Both the position numbers and the translations under genes were made by a program. Source: Candidatus Stramentimicrobium fermentans (GTDB lineage Bacteria; Atribacterota; Phoenicimicrobiia; Phoenicimicrobiales; Stramentimicrobiaceae). From it: 64,000 nucleotides of DNA. The stretch spans positions 21,572 to 85,571 of the forward strand of contig JAAYOB010000023.1 of the NCBI GenBank assembly GCA_012520575.1, read 5' to 3'. The notes beneath the pieces are model-generated. The model had not been told where the DNA came from, ran no database searches, and saw only the letters and a program-made list of their open reading frames with translations. This document shows, in pieces, positions 48,497 to 57,304 of the stretch; position 1 is the first letter of the stretch; each line of letters starts with the position of its first letter.

Positions 48497-49900
48497 TTAT
48501 TTTTCTATTTTTTTATTTTCGTTCTGCTTCTTTTTTTTGCTTACCCAACCGGTAATATTTTCTTGTTTAGCCCTGGCAATTCCCAAACTTTGAGCAGGAA
48601 CATTGCCGGTAATAGTAGAGCCGGCGGCAGTATAGGAATCTTTACCGATAATTACCGGGGCTACCAATGCATTATTGCTGCCGATAAAGACACCATCCTC
48701 AATAGTGGTGCGATTTTTTCTTACTCCATCATAATTGCAGGTTATGGTACCGGCCCCGATATTAACCTGTTTCCCTAAAACGGCATCTCCCAGATAAGTG
48801 AGGTGCCCCACTCTGGTACCCTCACCCACCAGGGTCTTCTTAATCTCTACAAAATTTCCAATTTTTACCTCATCACAGATAATACTTTCCGGTCTGATAT
48901 GGGCAAAAGGCCCTATGTCCGAGTTGCTGCCAATCCGGCTCTTTTCTACTAAAGAGGAGAAAATCCTGGTTTGGCTGCCAATCTTACTCTCTACGATATG
49001 TGCATAGGGGCCAATTTGGCAGCCGCTTCCTATTTGACTGCCAGCGGTAATCACCGTAAAAGGGCAAATAATGGTGCCGGGACCTATTTGCACTCGTTGT
49101 TCCAGAAAGGTATTTCCCGGGGAAATGACGATAACACCTTCTTCCATATGTGCCAGAGCATTTCTTTCATATATTAACTGAGAAACCTGGGATAAGGTTT
49201 GCTGGTCATTTATACCGGTTATCTCAACCGGGTCGTCTACCGTAATACTGCCAATAGAAGAACCCTTTTCTAACAGTATCCTAATAACATCTGTTAAATA
49301 GTATTCTTTTTGGCTATTATCTTTTTTAACTTGGGCTAAGGCCTGAAATAATTCTTTACTATTAAAACAATAAATTCCACTGTTAATCTCGTTTACTTTC
49401 CGCTGTTCGGGCAAAGTATCGCCCTCCTCAACGATTTGTATTACTTCTCCCGCTGCATTACGTATTATTCGCCCATACCCTTCCGGATGCTTTACCCTGG
49501 CAGTCAATAAAGTACCGGAATTTGCCGCTCTTTGGTGGTGTGTGATAATTTTTTGAATAGTAGATGCCTTCAAAAGGGGTACATCAGCTGAGATAATTAG
49601 AATAATACCCGAAAAGTCAGTCAAATAGGGTTCTGCTGCTTGTACTGCATGGGCGGTGCCCAGCTGCTCTTTCTGATGAACAAATAGCACTTTCCGGTCC
49701 ACACTCAAGATTGCTTCTTTAATTCTTTCGAACTGATGGCCGAGAACTACAATTCTTTTAGCCAGATTTAGAGAGCCGGTTAGTTCTAAAGAATAGGAGA
49801 CCATAGGTATTCCAGCTACCGGGTGTAAAACTTTGGGAAGTGTGGACTTCATTCTTTTTCCCTGACCGGCAGCTAATATAATAGATGCAACAGCACTCAT
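48497..49900 (-). CDS. glmU: Bifunctional UDP-GlcNAc pyrophosphorylase / glucosamine-1-P acetyltransferase
   Basis: ILAAGQGKRMKS..PKVLH, QLGTAHA, GYGRI, EYYLTD, NIGAGTITCNYDG. Confidence 0.97.
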   Translation of the reverse strand: MSAVASIILAAGQGKRMKSTLPKVLHPVAGIPMVSYSLELTGSLNLAKRIVVLGHQFERIKEAILSVDRKVLFVHQKEQLGTAHAVQAAEPYLTDFSGIILIISADVPLLKASTIQKIITHHQRAANSGTLLTARVKHPEGYGRIIRNAAGEVIQIVEEGDTLPEQRKVNEINSGIYCFNSKELFQALAQVKKDNSQKEYYLTDVIRILLEKGSSIGSITVDDPVEITGINDQQTLSQVSQLIYERNALAHMEEGVIVISPGNTFLEQRVQIGPGTIICPFTVITAGSQIGSGCQIGPYAHIVESKIGSQTRIFSSLVEKSRIGSNSDIGPFAHIRPESIICDEVKIGNFVEIKKTLVGEGTRVGHLTYLGDAVLGKQVNIGAGTITCNYDGVRKNRTTIEDGVFIGSNNALVAPVIIGKDSYTAAGSTITGNVPAQSLGIARAKQENITGWVSKKKKQNENKKIEK

Positions 49901-50017
49901 AGCATTATCCTGTCAAAAAATAATTTATGAAAATTCGGAAAAGATATAATTTGAGTTGAGGTAAAATAATTAATATAAAGAAATTTGGATAAACAAAAAT
50001 AAAAAAAGAGCAATATT

Positions 50018-50091
50018 TGGCTGGGGTGGAAGGATTCGAACCTCCGGTGAGGGAGCCAAAGTCCCTTGCCTTACCGCTTGGCTACACCCCA
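50018..50091 (-). tRNA. tRNA-Gln (TTG)
   Basis: Cloverleaf TGGGGTG..AGGGA-CTTTGGC-TCCCT..GGTTCGAATCC..CACCCCAGCCA. Confidence 0.95.
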
Positions 50092-50265
50092 TCCAATTGG
50101 TTATAACTCCATCTTTTTTAATTTTATTCGGCAAGAAGAATAGATGCGGAATATAGTAAATTCAAAACCGAGTATTGTTTTTATTCTCCCCCACCGAGAT
50201 AAATTGAATTTAGCTGCTTATATTATAAGAAAGCAATAGCTATTAATCGTCAAATCAAATCTGAT

Positions 50266-50622
50266 TTATTCTTGTTCAGTTGATTCGAATTCGGAATCAT
50301 CCGAAAGCTCAGTACTACTTAGCTCGACATCTTCAGCTTCTACAGGTTCACTGGTTATTTGCTCTTCATGTTCAGTTGCTTCATATTCCTTTAATACAGC
50401 GGTCTGAATCTGTTCCCTGACTTCTGTATTGATAGGATGAGCTATATCCTTATGATTTCCGTTAGGCAATAGCTTGCTGGGCATCGCTACAAACATGCCC
50501 TTTCTACCGTCAATAATTCTTAAATCATGAACCACAAAGGAATCATCAAAGGTTATGGATACATATGCTCTCAGCTTGCCATCGGTCTGTATTCTTCTAA
50601 TTCTAACATCAGTAACTTGCAC
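50266..50622 (-). CDS. spoVG: SpoVG nucleic-acid-binding regulator with an acidic tail
   Basis: [35 protein letters not shown]. Confidence 0.95.
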   Translation of the reverse strand: MQVTDVRIRRIQTDGKLRAYVSITFDDSFVVHDLRIIDGRKGMFVAMPSKLLPNGNHKDIAHPINTEVREQIQTAVLKEYEATEHEEQITSEPVEAEDVELSSTELSDDSEFESTEQE

Positions 50623-50847
50623 TTGCTTACACCGCCTTTTTGTTTTTTGGTTTAATAATCTTTCCAGTTAATAACATTGAAGTACCGTACTTTCTTTTTA
50701 CACAGTATAGTATTTAATATCTAACCCGCATTGAACCTTCCTTGTTGCCAAATTCCAAAAAGATAGCTAAACCCCCTCTGCTACATATTTTCATTTACCT
50801 CCTGTCATATTCGCAATTTGATGCAATAGTTAATTACGGTTCTATTA

Positions 50848-50886
50848 AAAAATAAACACAGCATAATAATAATAATAATTGCTGTG
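50848..50886 (-). terminator. Terminator-like hairpin in the region upstream of spoVG
   Basis: CACAGCA-(TTA-repeat loop)-TGCTGTG followed by TTTATTTTT on the minus strand. Confidence 0.45.
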
Positions 50887-51023
50887 CTGATTATTATCCT
50901 ATATTAACACTAACTGATTTAAAAAGTAAAAACTTTTCTACTCTTGAGCCTGCCATTATAATGTCTAGTGCTATCATACACTTTTCCAATTCTTAAAGTT
51001 ATTCCTTTTTCAGAGTTTGTCAA

Positions 51024-51053
51024 ATTTTATCATGTAGAATAGTTATTTGTCAA
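51024..51053 (-). promoter_or_regulatory. Sigma70 promoter upstream of the spoVG region
   Basis: TTGACA-N18-TAAAAT with an extended -10 TG. Confidence 0.55.
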
Positions 51054-51172
51054 AAACTTTTTCTATTTTAGAGAACAAGCAGTCTAAAATGAACAAGAAA
51101 CATGATTATAGCCCCATTTAACTAAAAACCATGCTCTTCAACCAAGAGATTTAAAAATATATATGAAGCCGT

Positions 51173-52060
51173 TTAACATTCTTTTAGAACAGCGGTGAGA
51201 CGGGCCAGTTCTTCTAAAGACAGACTTTCTCCTCTCTGATTGGGATTAATACCTGTTTGTATTAAGGTAACTTCTAACAGCTCTTTGGAAAGAGAATCCC
51301 CATAATACAATTTAAGTGCATTGAAGAGGCTTTTCCTTCTATGCCGAAAAATGGCCTTTACTATATCAAAGAAGAGCGTTTCATCTGTCACTTTAATTCT
51401 TGGTGTCGGTAGGAATTGCATCCTTAGAAGCATGGATTCAACTTCGGGTTTGGGGAAAAAGACATTTGGTTTTACGCGATGTATTTTCTCTGTTTCGGTA
51501 TAATATTTTGTTATTACCGACAACAATCCATAGTCTTTACCGCCCGGATTAGCGAGCATTCTTTCGGCTACTTCTTTTTGCACCATTACTACCGCAATCT
51601 TTAGACCATCTTTCAACTCCATTAGTTTTTTTAATAGGGGTAGGGAAATAGAATAGGGTAGATTGCCTACTAATTTTTCTATATGGTATCCTCTCTGTTC
51701 TTTTTGCCGAAGAAAACCGACCAAATCAAAAGTCAAAATGTCTTCGTATATCACCGTAACAGAATCACGGTAAGGTGCCAATATCTCCTCTAATATCGGT
51801 TTAAGACGTATATCGTTTTCAATAGAAAAAATGTGCCGTACATGAGGTATCAAGGACAAAGTAAGACCACCAAAGCCGGTACCGATTTCAAATAGAGTTT
51901 CCTCTTTTTCTAAATTCAGGGATTTGACAATAATATCTTTAATATTCCGGTCCAGCAAGAAGTTTTGGCCTAATTTTTTCCGGGGTTTAAAGTTGTATTG
52001 AGCCATGTATGCCAGTATTTTTTTGAGAGAGGGCTGGGGAAGTGGCGATGGGGCAGGCAT
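51173..52060 (-). CDS. rsmA: 16S rRNA m6(2)A dimethyltransferase
   Basis: KKLGQNFL, EIGTGFGGLT, VGNLPY.IS, MVQKEVAER, F.PKPEVES. Confidence 0.96.
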   Translation of the reverse strand: MPAPSPLPQPSLKKILAYMAQYNFKPRKKLGQNFLLDRNIKDIIVKSLNLEKEETLFEIGTGFGGLTLSLIPHVRHIFSIENDIRLKPILEEILAPYRDSVTVIYEDILTFDLVGFLRQKEQRGYHIEKLVGNLPYSISLPLLKKLMELKDGLKIAVVMVQKEVAERMLANPGGKDYGLLSVITKYYTETEKIHRVKPNVFFPKPEVESMLLRMQFLPTPRIKVTDETLFFDIVKAIFRHRRKSLFNALKLYYGDSLSKELLEVTLIQTGINPNQRGESLSLEELARLTAVLKEC

Positions 52061-52130
52061 AAAAACCTTCCTTTGAATAAAGATTTATTAATGTTCAAAC
52101 ATTACCTTGTTGACTATTGCCCAAAACTTA

Positions 52131-52206
52131 TGGAGCCGGCGATCTGAGTTGAACAGACAACCTACGGATTACGATTCCGTTGCTCTGCCAATTGAGCTAC
52201 GCCGGC
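52131..52206 (-). tRNA. tRNA-Thr (CGT)
   Basis: GCCGGCG..ACGGA-ATCGTAA-TCCGT..TCCA, 76 nt. Confidence 0.94.
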
Positions 52207-52588
52207 TCAATGTTCATCTTATTTTTTATGTTTTTCGTCATTCAAGTCTTCTTGCTCTGTTGTTAATTAACGTATCTTTTATATTCTACCATATAAATAG
52301 ACTCAGTAATATTTGTAAACCTAACTTTTTAATTATTCAAAGTCCTTATACTATTTTTTAGAAAATTTTTTAAGAGGAGTGGTTTTAGTGGGGATACCTT
52401 AGGATAAGTAATCGGAGCATAAGGAATCGGCGTTAACGATATCTTTACAAAACTCCGGAGTTATAAGCCCTATAGAGCCGGGAGCAACCTGATAATGCCG
52501 AAAATAGATGGCAAAGGCATAGACAAGTCCGGAATTTCAGAAAACACACTTTATAGAATCTTTGGTCAATTTTACCATTCAAAAATAA

Positions 52589-52664
52589 TGGTAGGCGGAA
52601 CAGGACTTGAACCTGTGACCCCCTACATGTGAAGCAGGTGCTCTGCCGACTGAGCTATCCGCCC
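52589..52664 (-). tRNA. tRNA-Val (CAC)
   Basis: GGGCGGA..CCTGC-TTCACAT-GTAGG..ACCA, 76 nt. Confidence 0.95.
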
Positions 52665-52764
52665 ATTTAATGGAAAACGATTAATTATTTTAATTTAAAA
52701 AGGAAATTCTTTTTTCTTTCTATTTCCTGATTAACCTTTTTTAAATTGAGCAATTTAGAAAAGG

Positions 52765-52837
52765 TGCCCCCAAGGGGATTCGAACCCCTGCCGCCGCCGT
52801 GAAAGGGCGGTGTCCTGAACCCCTAGACGATGGGGGC
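52765..52837 (-). tRNA. tRNA-Glu (TTC)
   Basis: GCCCCCA..CCGCC-CTTTCAC-GGCGG..GGTTCGAATCC; followed by CCT rather than CCA. Confidence 0.94.
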
Positions 52838-52848
52838 ATACTATACAG

Positions 52849-52921
52849 TAGGCCGTGCAGGTCTCGAACCTGCGACCCTCTGATTAAGAGTCAGATGCTC
52901 TACCAACTGAGCTAACGGCCC
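52849..52921 (-). tRNA. tRNA-Lys (CTT)
   Basis: GGGCCGT..TCTGA-CTCTTAA-TCAGA..GGTTCGAGACC; CCA not encoded. Confidence 0.94.
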
Positions 52922-52967
52922 GTAACTATTGCTTATTTGAAATTATTTCTTTTTCAATTGCTTTCCA

Positions 52968-52996
52968 ATGTTACTATGTTTTAGAAAAAGTGTCAA
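52968..52996 (-). promoter_or_regulatory. Sigma70 promoter of the tRNA-Lys/Glu cluster
   Basis: TTGACA-N17-TAACAT about 45 bp upstream of tRNA-Lys. Confidence 0.65.
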
Positions 52997-53041
52997 CGGA
53001 ATTTCAGACAAAAAGTCTTTAAATAATGTCCATGATGGTGT

Positions 53042-54382
53042 CTATTCCATATCTTCATCTACTATCGCTAAATTTTCAAAACGGGTGTATTCTTTTAAAA
53101 AAGTCAGCTCGAATGTTCCGGTAGGCCCATTTCTTTGCTTACCAATATTAATCTCAGCAATTCCTTTCTTACTTGTCTTTGGTTTATAATATTCTTCCCG
53201 GTATAGTATCAGGACTACATCGGCATCCTGTTCCAAGGCACCGCTTTCTCTCAAATCGGAAAGGCGTGGACGCTGATTGGTACGTTGCTCAACCGCCCTG
53301 GACAATTGAGATACTGCCACCACCGGTATGTTTAATTCCCGGGCAAGTCCTTTCAAAGAACGGGATATTTGCGATATTTCCTGTTGACGATTCTCAACTC
53401 TAAGTCCCGTCTGGATTAATTGCAGATAATCGATTAATATTAGCCCTAAATCATGTTTAGCTTTTAATCTGCGAGCTTTTGCCTTAATTTCAAGAGGCGA
53501 TATGCCTGCCGAATCATCAATAAAAATGGGCGCGGCAGATAATCTACCGGCAGCCGAAGATAGCTTAGGCCAATCTTTGTCCGGTATTAACCCCCGGCGC
53601 AAAGCATGTGTATCGATACGAGCCTCTGAACACAATATTCTCTGGACAATTTGTGATTTAGACATTTCTAAACTAAAAATAGCTACCGGGATATTGTGCT
53701 GCATAGCAGCATATTGAGCAATATTCATACAAAAAGCGGTTTTCCCCATAGATGGTCTCCCGGCCACTATTATCAACTCTGAGGGCTGTAAACCGGTAGT
53801 CAGTTCATCTAATTTTATAAAACCGGTGGGTACTCCGGTGATAAAATTCCCACTATGATATAAATCTTCAATTTTTTCAAAACTCTCTGTTAACAGGTCT
53901 TTGATGGGGGTAAAAAAATCTTTAGTTTTTTGCTGAGATACCTCGAAAATCAAGTTCTCCGCCTTATCCAGCAATACCTTTGCCTCATCTTGCTCTTCAT
54001 AACTCATAGTTACAATCTGGGTAGCATTATTAATTAGTTTTCGCAGGATAGACTTTTCTGCTACAATTTTAGCATAATAGACGACATTAGCCGCAGTAGG
54101 CACACTATTCATTAAGGTAGCCAGATAGGAAGCTCCCCCCACCTCATCCAACTGTTTTCTTTTTCTTAGCTCTTCGGTTAGAGTAACTAAATCCACAGCC
54201 TCATTTTTTTCAAACAAGTCCAGTGAACATTGGTAGATAACCTGGTGGGCAGTGTTATAATAATCATCAGGCTTCAGGATTTCAATGCAATTCAAGATAG
54301 ACTCCTTCTCTAAAATAATAGAGCCCAAGGTAGCCTGTTCTGCGCTAATATTTTGGGGAGCGCTTCTGGTTATTTCCATCAA
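53042..54382 (-). CDS. dnaB: Replicative DNA helicase
   Basis: AGRPSMGKTAF, FSLEMS, IDYLQL, SQLSRAVEQR, LSDLRESGALEQDAD, KQRNGPTG; no intein. Confidence 0.97.
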   Translation of the reverse strand: MMEITRSAPQNISAEQATLGSIILEKESILNCIEILKPDDYYNTAHQVIYQCSLDLFEKNEAVDLVTLTEELRKRKQLDEVGGASYLATLMNSVPTAANVVYYAKIVAEKSILRKLINNATQIVTMSYEEQDEAKVLLDKAENLIFEVSQQKTKDFFTPIKDLLTESFEKIEDLYHSGNFITGVPTGFIKLDELTTGLQPSELIIVAGRPSMGKTAFCMNIAQYAAMQHNIPVAIFSLEMSKSQIVQRILCSEARIDTHALRRGLIPDKDWPKLSSAAGRLSAAPIFIDDSAGISPLEIKAKARRLKAKHDLGLILIDYLQLIQTGLRVENRQQEISQISRSLKGLARELNIPVVAVSQLSRAVEQRTNQRPRLSDLRESGALEQDADVVLILYREEYYKPKTSKKGIAEINIGKQRNGPTGTFELTFLKEYTRFENLAIVDEDME

Positions 54383-54428
54383 TTTTTTCTCCCATTTTTC
54401 CTCTCTGAGGCAGAAGGGTTATTCTTTC

Positions 54429-54962
54429 TTAATCTTCCTTATCTTCCTTTTTTACTACACTTTCCTCTTTTTTATCCTCCAGAGGAAGAGCCTCCTCTGC
54501 TTCCGGCTTGACTTCCTCTTCGGGTACTACCTTAATATTTAACTCAGCAATTACTTCCTTGTGCAGACGTAAGCTTAGCTTATAGTCATCAATTTTCTTT
54601 AAGGGGTCGCCGGGTTCAATCTTCTTACGGTCAACCTCAATCTGATAATTATCAGCGAGAGCTTGGGCAATATCTTTATTGGTAATGGAGCCAAATAATT
54701 TCCCGTCCTTTCCTGCTTTTACTTCAAAGGTTAACACCAGCTGATTAATTTTCTCCGCTAATTCTTGAGCTTCCAGTAATTCCCGATTCCTTTTTTCCCA
54801 CTCTTTTTTCTTAAGATGTTCAATAGATTTTAGATTACCGCTGGTGTATTCCATAGCCAATCCACGTGGAAATAAATAATTTCGGGCATACCCCTTATTA
54901 ACCTCTATTACATCACCAGTATATCCCAAATTATCAACATTTTCTTTTAGTATTACCTTCAT
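54429..54962 (-). CDS. rplI: 50S ribosomal protein L9 with a charged C-terminal tail
   Basis: MKVILKE.V..LG..GD...V..GYARNYLFP, GKLFGSIT; GGAGG RBS before ATG 54962. Confidence 0.96.
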   Translation of the reverse strand: MKVILKENVDNLGYTGDVIEVNKGYARNYLFPRGLAMEYTSGNLKSIEHLKKKEWEKRNRELLEAQELAEKINQLVLTFEVKAGKDGKLFGSITNKDIAQALADNYQIEVDRKKIEPGDPLKKIDDYKLSLRLHKEVIAELNIKVVPEEEVKPEAEEALPLEDKKEESVVKKEDKED

Positions 54963-55041
54963 AAACAATACCTCCCTCAGTTTTCGGTAAGATACAAGAT
55001 ACATCCCTAAATATTTATTTTTTTCTTTATAATTCTATTAC

Positions 55042-56016
55042 TTAACCGGCTTTCTTGCCAAAATTTTGAGAAATTAATTTTCGAAAATCCAGCCAAACAT
55101 CCGCTAATCCCATCCAAGCAACCACCAGAGAGAGTGAGGGTTGTATAAAGACAAGAATACAGATTGCCCAGAAGAAAAAAGGTTTAATCTTATAATATTG
55201 TATAAGATAAGCTATTAGAGCTAAACCGGTTATCAGGAATATTATTGAGAACAATATCTGAATATTAACCCCAATTCTTTGCAGAACCGGGATATTGAAG
55301 CGGGTGTTAATAATGAGTAAAGATATCCCCGCCAGATAGCTCCAAAAAAAGGATTGTCCCACTCTCCACTCCCGAAATGGGATAAAAGGTGCTAAGGTAT
55401 ATCCAAATCTTTTCAGTATTTTCCCCGATACCCAATAATTGATTATAGTATCGAATGCAGAAGCAAGCACTAACATCGCCGGAAAAGCAATTCTGAGTAA
55501 TTCTAAAGACTGTAACAGAGAATTTTTTAAAGTTTCCAACTGTTCGGGGTCAAAACCCATATTCCGGTAAAAAGACAAGCTTTGATTAATACTCTGGTCA
55601 ATTTGATCTACACCGAGTAAAAGCGGATTGACCCCCACTAGCCATAGCCCTAGAAACATCAGTAATATTTTAGATGCGAAAGAAGTAATGCTCCCTATCA
55701 AAAGTATTTCCCATACTGACAGCTTTTTTTTAATTGTGACCCCTAAGGCTATTCCTAATAATCCAAAACCAAATACAGCGATTAAGCCTTGAAAGGGTCC
55801 CGCTAATAAGGTCACCATTATAAAAGAAACGAACAGTGCCAGTAGGGCTATTTTAATATCATGGCGCAAGCATAAGATTATCAGTGGCAAAGGGCATAGA
55901 AAACTGATCAGGGTACCTAATAAAGGAATATAGAGACTGGCCAGGAATAATAATGCTGTAATTGCCGAAAGAAAAGCTCCTTCTACAATTGATTTTGTCG
56001 GCATACGTTCTTTCAA
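55042..56016 (-). CDS. YybS/DUF2232 membrane protein
   Basis: TKSIVEGAFLSAI, multiple TMs, GLADVWLDFRK; conserved position between rpsR and rplI. Confidence 0.88.
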   Translation of the reverse strand: MKERMPTKSIVEGAFLSAITALLFLASLYIPLLGTLISFLCPLPLIILCLRHDIKIALLALFVSFIMVTLLAGPFQGLIAVFGFGLLGIALGVTIKKKLSVWEILLIGSITSFASKILLMFLGLWLVGVNPLLLGVDQIDQSINQSLSFYRNMGFDPEQLETLKNSLLQSLELLRIAFPAMLVLASAFDTIINYWVSGKILKRFGYTLAPFIPFREWRVGQSFFWSYLAGISLLIINTRFNIPVLQRIGVNIQILFSIIFLITGLALIAYLIQYYKIKPFFFWAICILVFIQPSLSLVVAWMGLADVWLDFRKLISQNFGKKAG

Positions 56017-56183
56017 TAAAATAACAATCCTTTCTTTTTTCCTTTGCAGGCAGCCTAATTATTACTTTCCATAATATAATAATTACTCTATGAGCGCCTT
56101 AAAATAGCATTCTTATCTGTTTCAGCGGAAAACGGTTAAAGATACCATTTGGCTAGTTATTTCTTATATTAAAAAAAATAGAA

Positions 56184-56417
56184 CTATCTGACAAAGGGCA
56201 GCAAGGCAGCCTCTCTCGCTCTTTTTATAGCTACCGCAAGAGATCTTTGGTGTTTAGCACATGTCCCGGTAACTCTACGAGGTAAAATCTTCCCATTGTC
56301 GCTTATAAAGCGATTTACAAGTTCTACATCCTTATAATCTGCTACCTTTTTTTCAGCACAAAAATAACAAACTTTTTTTCTTACTCGAAATCCTTTGTAA
56401 CTACTTCTCCTAATCAT
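56184..56417 (-). CDS. rpsR: 30S ribosomal protein S18 (Zn-binding form)
   Basis: [36 protein letters not shown]. Confidence 0.97.
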   Translation of the reverse strand: MIRRSSYKGFRVRKKVCYFCAEKKVADYKDVELVNRFISDNGKILPRRVTGTCAKHQRSLAVAIKRAREAALLPFVR

Positions 56418-56494
56418 TAACTATTTCCTTCCTATTTCCCATATCGCTATTGCACTTCGTAGAAACACAAATCTACCTTTATTGAAATACTGAC

Positions 56495-56839
56495 TTATTC
56501 TTCTTCTTTCTTTTCTTCTTCTTTTGCTGATTTTTCCTGTGGCACAGTGAATTTTTCTGAGCCGATAATCAAAAGATATCTAATTATTTTCTCTTCAAAT
56601 TTAATGCTGCTTTCTAAATTAGCTATACTTCCCGGTTCAAGATTAAAATAAACAATGACATAAATGGCTTCTTGAAATTTCTTAATCGGGTAGGCTAGTT
56701 TTCTTTTTCCCCACTGGTCTGTCTTAACTACTTTTCCTTGATTGGCAGTTATAGTGTTGCGGATTTTGTCCAGTAAAGTCGTCTTATCCTCATCTGGCAG
56801 GTTTGGGTCAAAGAGAATCATCAATTCGTAATTACGCAT
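56495..56839 (-). CDS. rpsF: 30S ribosomal protein S6
   Basis: MRNYELMILFDP, WGKRKLAYPIKK; AAGGAGGTG RBS. Confidence 0.97.
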   Translation of the reverse strand: MRNYELMILFDPNLPDEDKTTLLDKIRNTITANQGKVVKTDQWGKRKLAYPIKKFQEAIYVIVYFNLEPGSIANLESSIKFEEKIIRYLLIIGSEKFTVPQEKSAKEEEKKEEE

Positions 56840-56843
56840 GTGG

Positions 56844-56900
56844 TCACCTCCTTCTGGTCATAATGGCCCCTATTCTTTTTATCCGATAGGAGCAAGGAAA
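56844..56900 (-). promoter_or_regulatory. S6:S18 ribosomal protein leader (autogenous regulatory RNA)
   Basis: TCCTTGCTCCTAT..ATAGGGGCC..GACCAGAAGGAGGTG: anti-SD, hairpin, CC motif and SD, as in the Firmicute rpsF leader. Confidence 0.7.
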
Positions 56901-56911
56901 AATGTTTTATC

Positions 56912-56940
56912 ATTATAACATTGTCTATTTTAGATGGCAA
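56912..56940 (-). promoter_or_regulatory. Sigma70 promoter of the rpsF operon
   Basis: TTGCCA-N17-TATAAT with an extended TG. Confidence 0.7.
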
Positions 56941-57052
56941 CATTAAAATATGACTTTTCTTAATATTATTTGGTATAGTATTGCTGTAAAAAAGGTGGAT
57001 TGATACAGTTCTTTAGCATGAAGAATCTTGAATTTATCCAGTCTATTCTTTT

Positions 57053-57082
57053 GGAGGGGGTTTTAAGGGGCATACGCCCCTT
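57053..57082 (+). repeat. GAGG-TTTT-AAGGGG..CCCC hairpin repeat; related copies at 14016..14043 and 31219..31244
   Basis: GGAGGGGGTTTTAAGGGGCATACGCCCCTT versus minus-strand GGAGTTTTTAAGGGGAGAAAGCCCTTAA and GAGGGTTTTTAGGGGACACCTCCCCC. Confidence 0.5.
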
Positions 57083-57097
57083 GGTGGGCCGGATTTA

Positions 57098-57286
57098 TTA
57101 ATCTTTTTTTATGATAAGTTTTATGTTTCTTTCCACCTTTACTCTGGGCACCAATACCTTCCTGCCACAACAAAGGCATCTCAGCCCTATATCTATTCCT
57201 GTTCTGCTTATCTCCCAATGGTATCCTCCACAAGGATGCTTTTTTTTCAGTTTTACTATATCTCCCACCCTTAAATCAAGCGGCAT
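57098..57286 (-). CDS. DUF951 family protein
   Basis: VGDIVKLKKKHPCG..WEI.RTG.DI.LRC..CGR.VL.PR. Confidence 0.9.
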   Translation of the reverse strand: MPLDLRVGDIVKLKKKHPCGGYHWEISRTGIDIGLRCLCCGRKVLVPRVKVERNIKLIIKKD

Positions 57287-57304
57287 TATCTTATCCCCCT
57301 CGCT

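Noticed and set aside
52207-52588. Integrated element between tRNA-Val and tRNA-Thr
   Set aside because: No integrase, no duplicated tRNA 3' end and no credible ORF
46697-56540. Acidic C-terminal tails on L25, SpoVG, L9 and S6 as a special system
   Set aside because: Such tails are common in these families
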